Source: Candidatus Hermodarchaeota archaeon
GTDB taxonomy: Archaea; Asgardarchaeota; Hermodarchaeia; Hermodarchaeales; Hermodarchaeaceae
NCBI GenBank assembly: GCA_016840065.1
Contig: JAEOTB010000067.1
Location: 1 to 15,634, forward strand
Reading direction: 5' to 3'
DNA: 15,634 nucleotides
Shown here: positions 1 through 7,949 of the stretch, piece after piece
Position numbering within the stretch: position 1 is the stretch's first letter
Layout of the letters: each line of letters opens with the position of its first letter
Notes under the pieces: model-generated
Seen by the model: the letters and a program-made list of their open reading frames with translations, nothing else
What the model was told of the DNA's origin: nothing
Databases searched by the model: none
Position numbers and translations under genes: made by a program

Positions 1-1343
1 TGCAGGTCGTGGACCGTCACGGACACGCCATAGGTTCCGGGGTCTAAGGTGATCGCATTCGTGAGGTAGGCATTGCTGCCCCAACTTGGATAGCTGGTCG
101 TGGTCAAGGCGAAGTGGGTGGTATCGTTGAGGGTCCAGTGGCTGACCCCCATGGTATCGGCGACTGCCAACGGATAGTTCAACGCCTCACCATAGTCGAG
201 GACCTGATCCGTGGGAGTGATGGTCCACGTGGGCGCCGTGTTCGTGGGGTAGATGTAGATCTCGTCGTCACTGCCGTCATCGCCATGCCAGGTGACCTGA
301 CCATTGTGGATCTGCGGAGCATAGTCATCGTAGGCGTTGCTGGTGAGCTGGATGGTAGTTGTGCCATCCCAGAAGAAGATCTCGTCGTCGCCATCGATGC
401 CCACCCAGGTGACCATACCGTTGTGAATCTGCTGATCCGTGTCAATGTAGTCGTTGTTGGTGATTTGGGTGGTGTGGGTGCCGTTCCAGATGATGATCTC
501 GTTGTCGCTGCCATCGAAGCCTTCCCAGGTGACCTGGCCGTCGTGGATCTTCGGGTTATAGTCATGGTAGGTGTTGCTGGTGAGCTGGGTCGTCGCAGAG
601 CCATTCCAGAGGAAAATCTCAAAGTCGCTGCCTTCATCGCAGTACCAGGTGACCTGGCCGTCGTGGATCTGCGGGTTATAGTCAGGTTGGGTGTTGTTGG
701 AGATGTTCGTCACCGTCGACCCATCCCAGAGGAAGATCTCCCAGTCGATCCCATCAAGGCCCCACCAGGCGACCTGGCCGTTATGGATCTGCGGATACCC
801 GTCAGTGTAGGTGTTGCTGGAGATGTTGGTCACCGAAGACCCATCCCAGAAGAAGATCTCGTCGTCGCTGCCATCGGAGCCCTTCCAGGCGACCTGCCCA
901 TTGTGCACCTGCGGAGACCCGTCAATATAGGTGTTGCTGGAGATGTTGGTCACCGAAGACCCATCCCAGAAGAAAATTTCGTAGTCGTTGCCGTCAAAGC
1001 CTTCCCAGGTGACCTGGCCATTATGCACCTGCGGATTATCATCATCGTAGGTGTTGCTGGAGATGTTCGTCACCGTCGACCCATCCCAGAAATAGATCTC
1101 CCAATCGTTGCCGTCGTGTCCACGCCAGGTGACTTGTCCGTTATGGATCTGCGGGTACTCGTCAGTGTCGGTGTTGTTGGTGAGCTGAGTAATGGTGTAG
1201 AGGTAGGGTGGGGTCGGTGCATCTCGTTGTCCGGTGCTGGTGATGCTTGGGGAGTGGTGCCCTAGCTGGGCAGAACCAAGAATCGGAGCGACCATCATCA
1301 GAAGAAAGAGAGCGAGTATGGTTACTTGCTTGGTTATATTCAT
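1..1343 (-). CDS. Secreted/surface protein with 8 tandem ~40-aa beta-propeller-like repeats followed by an Ig/cadherin-like domain; runs off the left edge (partial)
   Basis: Manual translation from ATG at 1343: MNITKQVTILALFLLMMVAPILGSAQ (signal peptide), then repeats such as PQIHNGQVTWRGHDGNDWEIYFWDGSTVTNISSNTYDDDN, then NTAPTWTITPTDQVLDYGEALNY...PGTYGVSVTVHDL. The frame is open to the window edge. Many N-x-S/T sequons. Confidence 0.9.
   Translation of the reverse strand, partial: MNITKQVTILALFLLMMVAPILGSAQLGHHSPSITSTGQRDAPTPPYLYTITQLTNNTDTDEYPQIHNGQVTWRGHDGNDWEIYFWDGSTVTNISSNTYDDDNPQVHNGQVTWEGFDGNDYEIFFWDGSSVTNISSNTYIDGSPQVHNGQVAWKGSDGSDDEIFFWDGSSVTNISSNTYTDGYPQIHNGQVAWWGLDGIDWEIFLWDGSTVTNISNNTQPDYNPQIHDGQVTWYCDEGSDFEIFLWNGSATTQLTSNTYHDYNPKIHDGQVTWEGFDGSDNEIIIWNGTHTTQITNNDYIDTDQQIHNGMVTWVGIDGDDEIFFWDGTTTIQLTSNAYDDYAPQIHNGQVTWHGDDGSDDEIYIYPTNTAPTWTITPTDQVLDYGEALNYPLAVADTMGVSHWTLNDTTHFALTTTSYPSWGSNAYLTNAITLDPGTYGVSVTVHDL
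255..1190 (-). repeat. Intragenic tandem repeat, 8 units with 120-bp period (last spacing 117 bp)
   Basis: A ccaggYgacY... unit recurs, with the gac at about 294, 411, 531, 651, 771, 891, 1011 and 1131. 47 bp are identical between 808-854 and 928-974. Confidence 0.92.
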
Positions 1344-1451
1344 GATCGTTCATTCCTTCATTGTAGTACTCTATTCTAAATTCCTTGGAGTACTTGTATT
1401 GAACTTCCTTTTATGTACTAATTTTCTCCTTTAACATCACAGAACGCACCA

Positions 1452-1492
1452 TTTGAGGGCACTCATCGCTCAGGGCCTAGGAACAACGTACC
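1452..1492 (+). repeat. Diverged direct repeat A, left copy (flanks HEPN-MNT)
   Basis: tttgagggcactcatcgct-cagggcctaggaacaacgtacc matches 2500-2541 at 35/42 columns. Confidence 0.85.
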
Positions 1493-1599
1493 CTGTTGGC
1501 AACAATCGTTGAATAATTGTAGAATAGGGCGGGTATAGAGGTGGAGTTTTTTAAGGAATGTGTGCTTTAGTCTAGCCATCTGAATCATGGAGTTGTGGT

Positions 1600-2034
1600 A
1601 TGCCGCCTAATCAGCCCGTCAACCGAGAGCTGGTCGAGGCTCGAATCCGGGAAATCAATGACGCGCTTCAAACACTCAACACTCTTACCTGCAAGGATTT
1701 CAAAACATTGGTGTTGGTAGAGTTGCTAGCCCTTCGATATCTAGTAATCCAGCTCGTAGAAGCGGCAGCTAGTATTTGTATCAATCTCCTGGCTGCTCGT
1801 TTCAACGAACGCGCTGAAGGGTTCCCGGATTGCTTCACACGTCTAAGCGTGAAAGGGTTGATAACTGAGTCTCTTGCCCTTGCACTGGCAGGTGCAGCCC
1901 GGCTCCGAAACCTTCTCGTTCATCGCTACTGGGACATCAACGATGAACAACTCTACCTCAGCGCGAAAACAGGCGGAGCCGATTTCCTAGCTTCTGTGGA
2001 TAAGGTTCGGATAATTCTCGAGGAGGGAACATAA
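1600..2034 (+). CDS. hepT: HEPN-domain (DUF86) RNase toxin, type VII TA HepT family
   Basis: 144 aa helical protein with the RX4HXY motif (RNLLVHRY), followed by WDIN; adjacent to an MNT gene. Confidence 0.88.
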   Translation: MPPNQPVNRELVEARIREINDALQTLNTLTCKDFKTLVLVELLALRYLVIQLVEAAASICINLLAARFNERAEGFPDCFTRLSVKGLITESLALALAGAARLRNLLVHRYWDINDEQLYLSAKTGGADFLASVDKVRIILEEGT

Positions 2035-2038
2035 CCCG

Positions 2039-2491
2039 ATGGACGACTCGCCCACAATACAACCACACACTACTGAGAAGCTCGAGTTTGTATATCGCAC
2101 TCGTACAGCCCGGCAACGACGGAAGCTACGTCAAAGAATCACAGCCGCGCTACAAGAAGATCCCCAAGTGATGCTAGCTTACTTACATGGTAGCTTTGCG
2201 CGAGGCGAACCCTTCCGTGATGTTGACATTGCTCTCTGGCTCCAAAGCGATGACCCAAAAACAGCGTATTATTATTCTGTTCAAGTTGCGATAACACTTA
2301 GCAATACCCTTGGTCTCCCCGTTGATGTACAAGTACTCAACCACGCCCCCCTTCCCTTTCAATACCATGTGCTCTCCTATGGTATCCAGCTGCTCCCTCG
2401 TAATGAGGTACTACACTATCAGCTCTTTGACCTTTTCACCCGCCAATACCTTGACTTCCAAATACTGACCCGAAACACATTATCCCCCTAA
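2039..2491 (+). CDS. mntA: Minimal nucleotidyltransferase (MNT) antitoxin, MntA-like adenylyltransferase
   Basis: AYLHGSFARGEPFRDVDIA (GS..DxD) and VDVQVLNHAP motifs. GGAGG SD at the end of the upstream gene and a 4-bp gap from the HEPN gene. Confidence 0.88.
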   Translation: MDDSPTIQPHTTEKLEFVYRTRTARQRRKLRQRITAALQEDPQVMLAYLHGSFARGEPFRDVDIALWLQSDDPKTAYYYSVQVAITLSNTLGLPVDVQVLNHAPLPFQYHVLSYGIQLLPRNEVLHYQLFDLFTRQYLDFQILTRNTLSP

Positions 2492-2499
2492 AAGGGCTT

Positions 2500-2541
2500 T
2501 TTGAGGGCTCTAATCGCTTCAGGGTCTGGGAACGACGAACC
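2500..2541 (+). repeat. Diverged direct repeat A, right copy
   Basis: tttgagggctctaatcgcttcagggtctgggaacgacgaacc; starts 8 bp after the MNT stop codon. Confidence 0.85.
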
Positions 2542-2604
2542 TGGTACAAATTCCAAGGAGAAGTCACATTCATAAGTGGGTTAGACGGTGTGGAGGTGAT
2601 TCCC

Positions 2605-3258
2605 ATGATTGAAGGACTGGAAGCACGATTGAGGGCACGCGTCCTCCAAGAGAGCGCAGCCGTTGCCATAGATGAATGGACGGAGTTCCTCAACAGGCTC
2701 GATGTTCCCTTCTTCAACTATCGAGGCACCCACGTCACCGAAGTGGTCCGGATTGCCAAATATCTAGCTCGGGAGACGGGTGCGGACTATGACGTGGTGG
2801 TGATGGCGGCGTGGTTCCACGATGTGGCAAAACCTGGCACGGAAGGAACTGGGCGTCCTCATGGACCAGAATGCGCTGCTGTCGCTCGCACATACCTGCT
2901 GAAGGAGGGCGTCAATCCAGAAGTGGTTGAACGGGTGTGTGATGCCATCGAGAAACACGTGGGGTATACTCGCGATGCGCCCCTTACACCCCTTGAAGCC
3001 CAAGTTGTCTGGGAATCCGACAAGCTAGCCAAGCTAGGCATCACCAGCATGTTATTTCACCTAATCAACGGTCTGCGATATGAGCCCAACCCCAACTTGG
3101 ATGATATCCTTGAAAGAATGCGAAAGGGTCTGCCTGGGCTAAGGAAGATTGAAGCCAGTATGTTCACGGAACCGGGGCGACGAATCGCCAAGGCCCGGAT
3201 GCGCAGCTACGAATCCTTCATCGCTCTGCTAGAGAACGAGTTGAAAATGGAACAGTGA
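2605..3258 (+). CDS. HD-domain metal-dependent phosphohydrolase
   Basis: H(VTEV)...AAWFHDVAK...H...IEKH...WESDKL layout of the HD family. Start moved to ATG 2605 because GGAGGTGA (2592-2599) precedes it. Confidence 0.9.
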   Translation: MIEGLEARLRARVLQESAAVAIDEWTEFLNRLDVPFFNYRGTHVTEVVRIAKYLARETGADYDVVVMAAWFHDVAKPGTEGTGRPHGPECAAVARTYLLKEGVNPEVVERVCDAIEKHVGYTRDAPLTPLEAQVVWESDKLAKLGITSMLFHLINGLRYEPNPNLDDILERMRKGLPGLRKIEASMFTEPGRRIAKARMRSYESFIALLENELKMEQ

Positions 3259-3322
3259 ACCGATAGATTCTCCTCCACCGTGCGACCATGAGCCTTCCAA
3301 AGTAAATAATGTAAATATCCAG

Positions 3323-3367
3323 AAAGCAAATAAGTTTAGAAGTGGCGTTTTCTCACGGTGTTAACTC
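3323..3367 (+). promoter_or_regulatory. Conserved upstream region (probable BRE/TATA promoter and RBS) of small protein copy 1
   Basis: 35/45 ungapped identity with 9640-9684, upstream of the paralog. An AAAGC(A/T)AATAA element and CACGGTGTTA are conserved. Confidence 0.6.
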
Positions 3368-3610
3368 ATGACCCAATACAACCTTAAAGGCAGTGTCAAT
3401 TTTAAACACGACGAAGACTATGTCGCCGGTGCCCTCGGTATTCCTGGCCGCTGGGGCCCCATGTTGGATGTAGCTAGGCAGGCCTGGAAGCATGGCCAGA
3501 CATTCTCTGAAAAGATCGAGTACCTTGTCAGTAAACTCAACGGTGCAGAACTCGTTCTTGCCCTCATCTTCTTTGGAGATATATGGGACCCCACGGAAAA
3601 GCAAGGCTAG
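3368..3610 (+). CDS. Small hypothetical protein (80 aa), copy 1
   Basis: 52/70 aa identical to 9685-9957 with the frame conserved, which supports a real gene. No family recognised. Confidence 0.85.
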   Translation: MTQYNLKGSVNFKHDEDYVAGALGIPGRWGPMLDVARQAWKHGQTFSEKIEYLVSKLNGAELVLALIFFGDIWDPTEKQG

Positions 3611-3630
3611 CGGATTGGCTAAGAACTAAC

Positions 3631-3748
3631 GTGTTCACTGGACCTGGGCGGCGGATTGCCAATGCCCGGATACGCAGTCATGAATCCTTCATCAACCTGC
3701 GAGAAAGCAAGTTGAACATGGAACAATGACTGGATAGACTCTTCACCC
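3631..3748 (+). pseudogene. 3'-end fragment of an HD-domain gene homolog plus downstream spacer (diverged direct repeat B of 3160-3278)
   Basis: Encodes VFTGPGRRIANARIRSHESFINLRESKLNMEQ* versus MFTEPGRRIAKARMRSYESFIALLENELKMEQ*. 78/99 nt identical; similarity continues past the stop (gatagaYtct). Confidence 0.9.
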
Positions 3749-3787
3749 TCCCTATGTGTACTAAGATGATGAAGAAATCAGTGGATA

Positions 3788-4360
3788 ATGGCGGATGAAA
3801 TGAAAAGGAAACTCGGTCTTGGAGAAGATTGGCCAATGGTTGTCCTGTTCATCCTCGGAGTTCTAGGCCTCATCATCCTGTTTCTGGACATTATCTTCTA
3901 CCAAAACCCCGATATAGGGCTTCAAGTGTTTAGCTTCACAGGTGCCATCCTTCTAGTTGAAAGACTTGTACGTAACCTATTCACACCCCTCGGCATCATT
4001 GGTCTAGTCGTAATCATACTTTGTGGGGCCCTTGAAATCAAAGCACGGCTGGATCTGAGGAAGGTCGGAATGACGATAGTTGGGTCCGTCAGACTCGAAA
4101 TAGTGGAAGGACACAAACTGCTTACAGAGGGCATCTACAAACACATTCGCCATCCCCTGTACCTCAGCCAAATCCTAGGAATAATCGGGATGGCAATGGT
4201 GCTAACCAGCCTAATTGGAGTTGTATACTTCGCAATCATAATGATTCCCCTCCTGCTGGTACGGATACGCATTGAAGAAGAGATGCTCATCGAAGCCTTT
4301 GGAGACGAATACCGCGAGTACCAGAAGAGAACGAAGAAGCTCATCCCCTATCTGTTTTAA
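3788..4360 (+). CDS. Isoprenylcysteine carboxyl methyltransferase (ICMT/Ste14/PEMT-like) family membrane protein
   Basis: Multiple TM segments; L.TEGIYKHIRHPLY and RIRIEEEMLIEAFGDEYREYQKRTKKLIP signature motifs. Confidence 0.9.
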   Translation: MADEMKRKLGLGEDWPMVVLFILGVLGLIILFLDIIFYQNPDIGLQVFSFTGAILLVERLVRNLFTPLGIIGLVVIILCGALEIKARLDLRKVGMTIVGSVRLEIVEGHKLLTEGIYKHIRHPLYLSQILGIIGMAMVLTSLIGVVYFAIIMIPLLLVRIRIEEEMLIEAFGDEYREYQKRTKKLIPYLF

Positions 4361-5053
4361 TCACAGGACAAAGAAAGGCACTACTCCAAGAGAGACCAGG
4401 AAGACAAGACACCCACTCAAAACCAAGATAGAGAGCGGTAAATCGAAACCACGCAACCTTCCAATAGGAATGAGAAAGGACGACTTTTCCCTGTACGCCG
4501 TATACTGTTCACCAAACTTCTTAGAAAGATAGAACTCCTCGATTAACGCCAAGAAGAAATACAAACCTAGCTCCACAAACCAGACCATCAGAGTACCCTC
4601 GGGGGTCAACCAGCCAACCCCATAAGTACTCTTGAGTAGCGAATAACTCATCGCTGTCAACCCCAGTGTCAACAGGAGAAAACCCGTATACTGTGGATGC
4701 CGGATGAACCGATAAGGACCCGAAGTAACCAGCCCCTCCTTCCTGTGCCACAACAAGTACACGACAGAAAAAACGGCTAGAGCTAGACCCGCTACTACAA
4801 AGCCCAGCGCAACAGGAGAGAAGAAAGACCCGCTTTGTATGAAGTCGACAACCGCTAGGTGCAGGCTAGCTGGGAGCTGCTGCCCCAACAGAGCTAGATA
4901 CAACACAAGGGGCAAGGTCATCAAGGCAGGATACACGCCCATCGGAGGAATCTGCACGATCAGGGGAACCAAGTAACCGCTAACTTTCAGGAACCCAGCT
5001 CTGATCCTAGACACAAACGACATAGCAATCAACAGGGAAACCCAAGTAAGCAC
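4361..5053 (-). CDS. ICMT/Ste14/PEMT-like family membrane methyltransferase (second, divergent)
   Basis: LVTSGPYRFIRHPQYTG and EEFYLSKKFGEQYTAYREKSSFLIP motifs; extra C-terminal TM helix. The GTG start is uncertain. Confidence 0.85.
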   Translation of the reverse strand: MLTWVSLLIAMSFVSRIRAGFLKVSGYLVPLIVQIPPMGVYPALMTLPLVLYLALLGQQLPASLHLAVVDFIQSGSFFSPVALGFVVAGLALAVFSVVYLLWHRKEGLVTSGPYRFIRHPQYTGFLLLTLGLTAMSYSLLKSTYGVGWLTPEGTLMVWFVELGLYFFLALIEEFYLSKKFGEQYTAYREKSSFLIPIGRLRGFDLPLSILVLSGCLVFLVSLGVVPFFVL

Positions 5054-5116
5054 CTACTTATTATCCTAAAGGTTAGAACAAGTCAAAGGAGTTCATTCAA
5101 CAGATTAGAACACCCA
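5051..5116 (+). repeat. Diverged direct repeat C, left copy (flanks the 379-aa gene)
   Basis: cacctacttattatcctaaaggttagaac...gttc...agaacacccaa versus 6334-6387. The core tatcctaaaggttagaac matches 17/18. Confidence 0.7.
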
Positions 5117-5180
5117 AGAACTAGTCTAGTCCCGTATCCCATCTGACCCGAAAGGGCTATCAGCTAGTAGGTTTCAATAT

Positions 5181-6320
5181 ATGGTCATGGGCTCTGTGAG
5201 GGATAACTTGATCAAGCATCTGGATACACTGCGGGCCTTCATCCTCGAAGTCCACAAGGTCGATTCCGGGCTCTACACCGTGGACCAAGTCGACACCTTA
5301 CTCCCTCAGCCCAACGCCTTCAAGTACATCGACCGAGATTGGGCCAACACTCTCCGTGAAGCCCTCGGCTACATCGAATGGTACCTGCGGCTGGTGAGAA
5401 CATGGGCTGACCATTTCTATAGCATAGTTCTGAGCCTTGGTGCTACCCAGGAGGAGGCAGTCCGTATCCGGAAACGAGAACTGGGCAGCTTCACCGTCTT
5501 CAAAGACAAAGTCTTCGAAAAGACCTATATTGACGGGGTCCTTAAGGGTCTCCAGAGTGAAGCAGAACGCGTCCTCAAGGATTCACAAGCACTCATGGAC
5601 AAAGGCCCTAGATTGTTCGAACTGATTAGACAATTCGGTGGTCCTTACTTTGAAAAAGTCCTAGAAATCGGTATGGCCTGGATTGCTGTAGACCCCAATG
5701 ACCTATACACCCCCCTCAAAGGGCTCACAAAAACCAGTAAAGCCGCGAAAACCTCCGAAGACCTGATAATGTCTTTTGGACGGTACCTCGACCAAATCGC
5801 CTCCCTGCTTGCTACCATACCTGTGTTTGTAGGGCTTGAAACAGTCTTAAACTTCACGGACTCACAAATGCAGGCCAGCCGAGAAAGCCACCAGAACCTC
5901 ATTAACCAAGTAGAAAATCTGCAGGGTTACATCGAACAGTACCACGAGGCCCTAAACCAGATAAACCAGCACATCACTTTCCTGCTACTCCCAGTTCTTC
6001 CAAACACTACCCCGGTTCAACAATGGATTACCCGTCATCAATCTAGCCGCACAACCCTCACTGAAAAACTCCTTCCCTCCTCCATCGACCCCAAGGCGCT
6101 AGCCTCCACGCTCCAAGCCGCCAGTGACAAACTCGTAGTAACGGATACCATCATCGACACCGCCCGGCTCCTCCTCACTAAAGCACTCCCCTTCAACGCC
6201 ATCATCCAGTCGCCCTCCATCACCCAGTTTCTCGACGCCGCAAAACAGAGAATCACCATTTTCTGGAGATGGCGACCTCACATCGAGAAAACCTTCGCCA
6301 GCCTACAATCCAGCCTATAG
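5181..6320 (+). CDS. Hypothetical soluble, predominantly alpha-helical protein (379 aa)
   Basis: Long ORF with natural composition and amphipathic/coiled-coil-like stretches. No motif recognised. The start may be 5181 or 5187. Confidence 0.8.
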   Translation: MVMGSVRDNLIKHLDTLRAFILEVHKVDSGLYTVDQVDTLLPQPNAFKYIDRDWANTLREALGYIEWYLRLVRTWADHFYSIVLSLGATQEEAVRIRKRELGSFTVFKDKVFEKTYIDGVLKGLQSEAERVLKDSQALMDKGPRLFELIRQFGGPYFEKVLEIGMAWIAVDPNDLYTPLKGLTKTSKAAKTSEDLIMSFGRYLDQIASLLATIPVFVGLETVLNFTDSQMQASRESHQNLINQVENLQGYIEQYHEALNQINQHITFLLLPVLPNTTPVQQWITRHQSSRTTLTEKLLPSSIDPKALASTLQAASDKLVVTDTIIDTARLLLTKALPFNAIIQSPSITQFLDAAKQRITIFWRWRPHIEKTFASLQSSL

Positions 6321-6333
6321 CACCCCTCGCTCC

Positions 6334-6387
6334 CACCTAATATCCTACAGGTTAGAACGGCGTGTTCTAGGGTTAAGAACACACCAA
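6334..6387 (+). repeat. Diverged direct repeat C, right copy
   Basis: cacctaatatcctacaggttagaac...gttc...agaacacaccaa. Confidence 0.7.
6359..6385. terminator. Inverted repeat between convergent genes (possible bidirectional terminator or protein-binding site)
   Basis: GGCGTGTTCT-agggtta-AGAACACACC (9/10 stem), overlapping TAGAAC-N5-GTTCTA. A perfect palindrome CCATGATCATGG lies at 6397-6408. Confidence 0.35.
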
Positions 6388-6417
6388 ACAGATGAACCAT
6401 GATCATGGAAGCTGTTG

Positions 6418-7767
6418 CTACCTATCACACATAACCGAAAAAGGAGTCTGAATAGCTGTTAAAGCAAACGTTATTGACGCGTCTACATGAAAACGCTTAC
6501 AAGTACGCGTGAACCCGTAAAACACGACCACAGCAAAGACACCACCCGCTACCGCAACTAGCGTAACCCCAGCCCAGAATTCAGGACCGAGAGGTGGTGT
6601 TACAGGAGGGGTGTAGGGTGTAGGAGGTGTGTTGTCTCCTGTCCATACTGGTGCTTCTTGTACCGTGAATGATTCACCCAGGGCATCCAGTGTTCCTAGA
6701 GCTCGCAGTATTTCTACTGCCGCATAACATCGCATAAGCTGCTCTCTAACGGGATTATCAATATCGCTAGGAATATTGACAAACCCTCCATGCATTGGAG
6801 TTTGACAGGAAAGCACAAACTCTGTAGTCAGAGTAGCATTTACCTGGTTCAACCTACCCAACAACTCCAAGCTTAGAATGGCAGAATAAGTATGCGCCAG
6901 TTCACCAGCAAATGATCCATCATCTTCATAGAAGCCCATCAGATAATTTTCGATTGCGTCTGCTGAAACCAAGCCAATCGTACCAAGATGATGAAGAACT
7001 GAAACGCCGTTAATTGTACCTGATGGAGAACGTGTGCCTTCAAATGTAACCGAAAAACCTGCTACTGAACCATCTGAATCGTAATATCCAAGCGTGTACT
7101 GATTAGTAAGTGCCGAATTTATACGCCCAAGTTCACCAAGACAATTTAATGTTGCAATATCATTATACAAAGGCCATATGAGGCTGCTGTAACTACTGGG
7201 TTGACTGTTGAACCCTCCATCGCTGGTCCTGTAACAATCCATCACCCAGTTCGTTGTTGCCTCTTGATTAATAGAGTCCAACGCGTTGAGGTGATATAGG
7301 GTTTCGACCGCACCGTTTACAGTACCGTAGTCAACAGGAGTTTCCCAAGGGCTAGTAGTAAAACCACCGTCTACTTCTTCACAATCGACCACGAATGAGA
7401 TTAGGCTAGCTTCATCAATGGCAGAGAGTTCGTCAAGTACTGACATGACAAGTGTTGCCCACTTGGATGCTTTCAGAAGAGCAGCAGAGCGGGGTTCCAT
7501 TAGATTGTCAATGAAGCCTCCATCCACCATCTGGAGCTCAGAGATGAAGTCGACTATTGCTTGATGTCTTGTGGTATCATAAGCTTTTGAATAGCGAATA
7601 GCGTGTACTGAAATGGTCTCCATTTGGGGTGGGGAAGTATGGGTTTGCAGGAGTGGGATTGATGGATTCTTGTCAATTCCTGTTAAACTATACACTGAAG
7701 GTAAGAGAATCATTGCTGTTAAAGCTAGTAGAACTCCACACAGGAGAATCTTCAGTTGTTTGTGCAT
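6418..7767 (-). CDS. Prenyltransferase/squalene oxidase repeat protein (GGTase-beta-like alpha/alpha barrel), secreted and membrane-anchored
   Basis: Repeated (D/H)GGF motifs (VDGGFID, VDGGFTT, SDGGFNS, DDGSF, MHGGFVN), each followed by T..A...L..LG helices. N-terminal signal/TM, Pro/Thr-rich linker (NTPPTPYTPPVTPP) and C-terminal TM. Confidence 0.85.
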   Translation of the reverse strand: MHKQLKILLCGVLLALTAMILLPSVYSLTGIDKNPSIPLLQTHTSPPQMETISVHAIRYSKAYDTTRHQAIVDFISELQMVDGGFIDNLMEPRSAALLKASKWATLVMSVLDELSAIDEASLISFVVDCEEVDGGFTTSPWETPVDYGTVNGAVETLYHLNALDSINQEATTNWVMDCYRTSDGGFNSQPSSYSSLIWPLYNDIATLNCLGELGRINSALTNQYTLGYYDSDGSVAGFSVTFEGTRSPSGTINGVSVLHHLGTIGLVSADAIENYLMGFYEDDGSFAGELAHTYSAILSLELLGRLNQVNATLTTEFVLSCQTPMHGGFVNIPSDIDNPVREQLMRCYAAVEILRALGTLDALGESFTVQEAPVWTGDNTPPTPYTPPVTPPLGPEFWAGVTLVAVAGGVFAVVVFYGFTRTCKRFHVDASITFALTAIQTPFSVMCDR

Positions 7768-7892
7768 TCCTTATCCCATCTGAAGTCGGAGGTGTCGCCT
7801 TCTTTCTTATATCAGTGGATTTACGTTATATGATTTTTGTACTGCTTCGGTTTTAAGATATCTGAGGAACCTGACAATTCGTTATGTAGCGA

Positions 7893-7925
7893 TGGTTCCC
7901 AACCTAAATTTTCATATAGTATTTG
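7893..7925 (+). promoter_or_regulatory. Conserved upstream element of LLM copy 1 (probable promoter)
   Basis: tggttcccaacctaaattttcatatagtatttg is close to 11412-11444, upstream of LLM copy 2. Confidence 0.55.
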
Positions 7926-7949
7926 TCTGTCCTACACTTTGGTGATTTT

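Noticed and set aside
255-1190. 120-bp repeats as a CRISPR array or DGR template/variable repeats
   Set aside because: The repeats are contiguous in-frame coding units without unique spacers. Differences are not adenine-specific, and there are no cas or reverse transcriptase genes.
114-1265. 383-aa + strand repetitive ORF
   Set aside because: Antisense shadow of the real minus-strand repeat protein, which has a signal peptide and coherent domains. Repeat periodicity propagates the absence of stops.
5135-7783. 12-bp match tatcccatctga at 5135-5146 and 7772-7783
   Set aside because: Several 12-bp matches are expected by chance in 15.6 kb, and it does not extend convincingly.
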